Positions 44,500 through 44,683 of a stretch of DNA of 44,683 nucleotides are shown here, in pieces (position 1 is the stretch's first letter; every line of letters starts with the position of its first letter). Under the pieces are notes generated by a model that ran no database searches, had not been told where the DNA came from, and saw nothing but the letters and a program-made list of their open reading frames with translations. A program made the translations under genes and the position numbers. Origin of the DNA: Bacteroidota bacterium (GTDB taxonomy: Bacteria; Bacteroidota; Ignavibacteria; Kryptoniales; JAKASW01); the NCBI GenBank assembly GCA_021818875.1, contig JAKASW010000002.1, forward strand, positions 1 through 44,683, given 5' to 3'.

Positions 44500-44683
44500 G
44501 TGAAGTTGATTGATGAATCACAAGTCCGGGGGGCCTTGTTCGTCTGGCTCGAAAAACAGAGCGGGCGGAACGGCGGGATATTCACACGACAGCAGTTGGA
44601 AAACGATTTCACTTTCCGCGGCGAAAGGATAGCTCTTGTCGGACCGACCGGGATTTGGAAACCGAGGCAGTTCGAAGTAATTC
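44500..44683 (+). CDS. partial ORF (runs off window), possibly the N-terminus of an HNH_2-type restriction endonuclease
   Basis: From GTG 44500 the frame reads VKLIDESQVRGALFVWLEKQSGRNGGIFTRQQLENDFTFRGERIALVGPTGIWKPRQFEVI. The pattern F.F.G.R..L.GP.GI.KP recalls HNH-family proteins. This is from memory only, and the ORF is open to the window edge. Confidence 0.3.
   Translation, partial: MKLIDESQVRGALFVWLEKQSGRNGGIFTRQQLENDFTFRGERIALVGPTGIWKPRQFEVI

Noticed and set aside
1-44683. A CRISPR array, rRNA genes, or an IS transposase, integrase or phage structural block.
   Set aside because: Reading both strands, I found no regularly spaced short direct repeats with unique spacers, no rRNA-like segments, and no ORF with DDE, tyrosine- or serine-recombinase or capsid/terminase motifs.

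Overview
The window looks like a metagenome-style contig from an FCB-superphylum bacterium. The evidence is a Por/T9SS C-terminal sorting domain on one secreted enzyme, combined with strong GGAGG Shine-Dalgarno sites, which argues against classical Bacteroidia and for something Ignavibacteria-like. It has three parts.

(1) 1-6.4 kb: a tRNA-Ser(UGA) abutted by a GIY-YIG ORF, a GH43-like beta-propeller protein, a TonB_C+parvulin lipoprotein, and two tandem GH18 paralogues.

(2) 6.4-33.3 kb: a large Wzx/Wzy-type exopolysaccharide locus split into two divergent units.
- Minus-strand operon, about 16 kb and tightly packed: PCP/Wzz, BY-kinase-like ATPase, small membrane ORF, Wzy, Wzx, CE4 deacetylase, CelD-like acyltransferase, GT4, GT9, GT8, GT4, UbiA-family polyprenyl-phosphate phosphoribosyltransferase, GT4, GH18.
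- Plus-strand unit: OPX/Wza, PorV/PorQ-like beta-barrel, WecA-like initiating transferase fused to a CoA_binding_3-type module, DegT-like aminotransferase, RsbW-like kinase, pseudo-receiver PAS histidine kinase, NarL-type regulator.
- Downstream: a GxGYxYP-family protein, a secreted lipocalin-like protein and a ROK kinase.

(3) 33.3-44.7 kb: a decayed, mosaic accessory segment.
- Gene remnants: a C1-peptidase C-terminus, a CusA internal piece, and an ORF with an in-frame TGA.
- A rhodanese.
- A DUF559 endonuclease cassette embedded in the 5' end of an FAD-oxidoreductase gene, whose 5' end is duplicated.
- A copper island: DUF302, SHOCT, NfeD, CopA with TRASH+2xHMA, cupredoxin.
- A GDCCVxC-family gene interrupted exactly inside its signature motif by a 53-nt double-hairpin insert.
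- A Gp49/HigB-like toxin (in-frame TAG) with an XRE antitoxin, bracketed by two copies of a roughly 110-bp palindromic CACATAG-array repeat.

I saw no CRISPR array, rRNA, transposase or integrase. All family calls come from motif recognition by eye and no database search was run.
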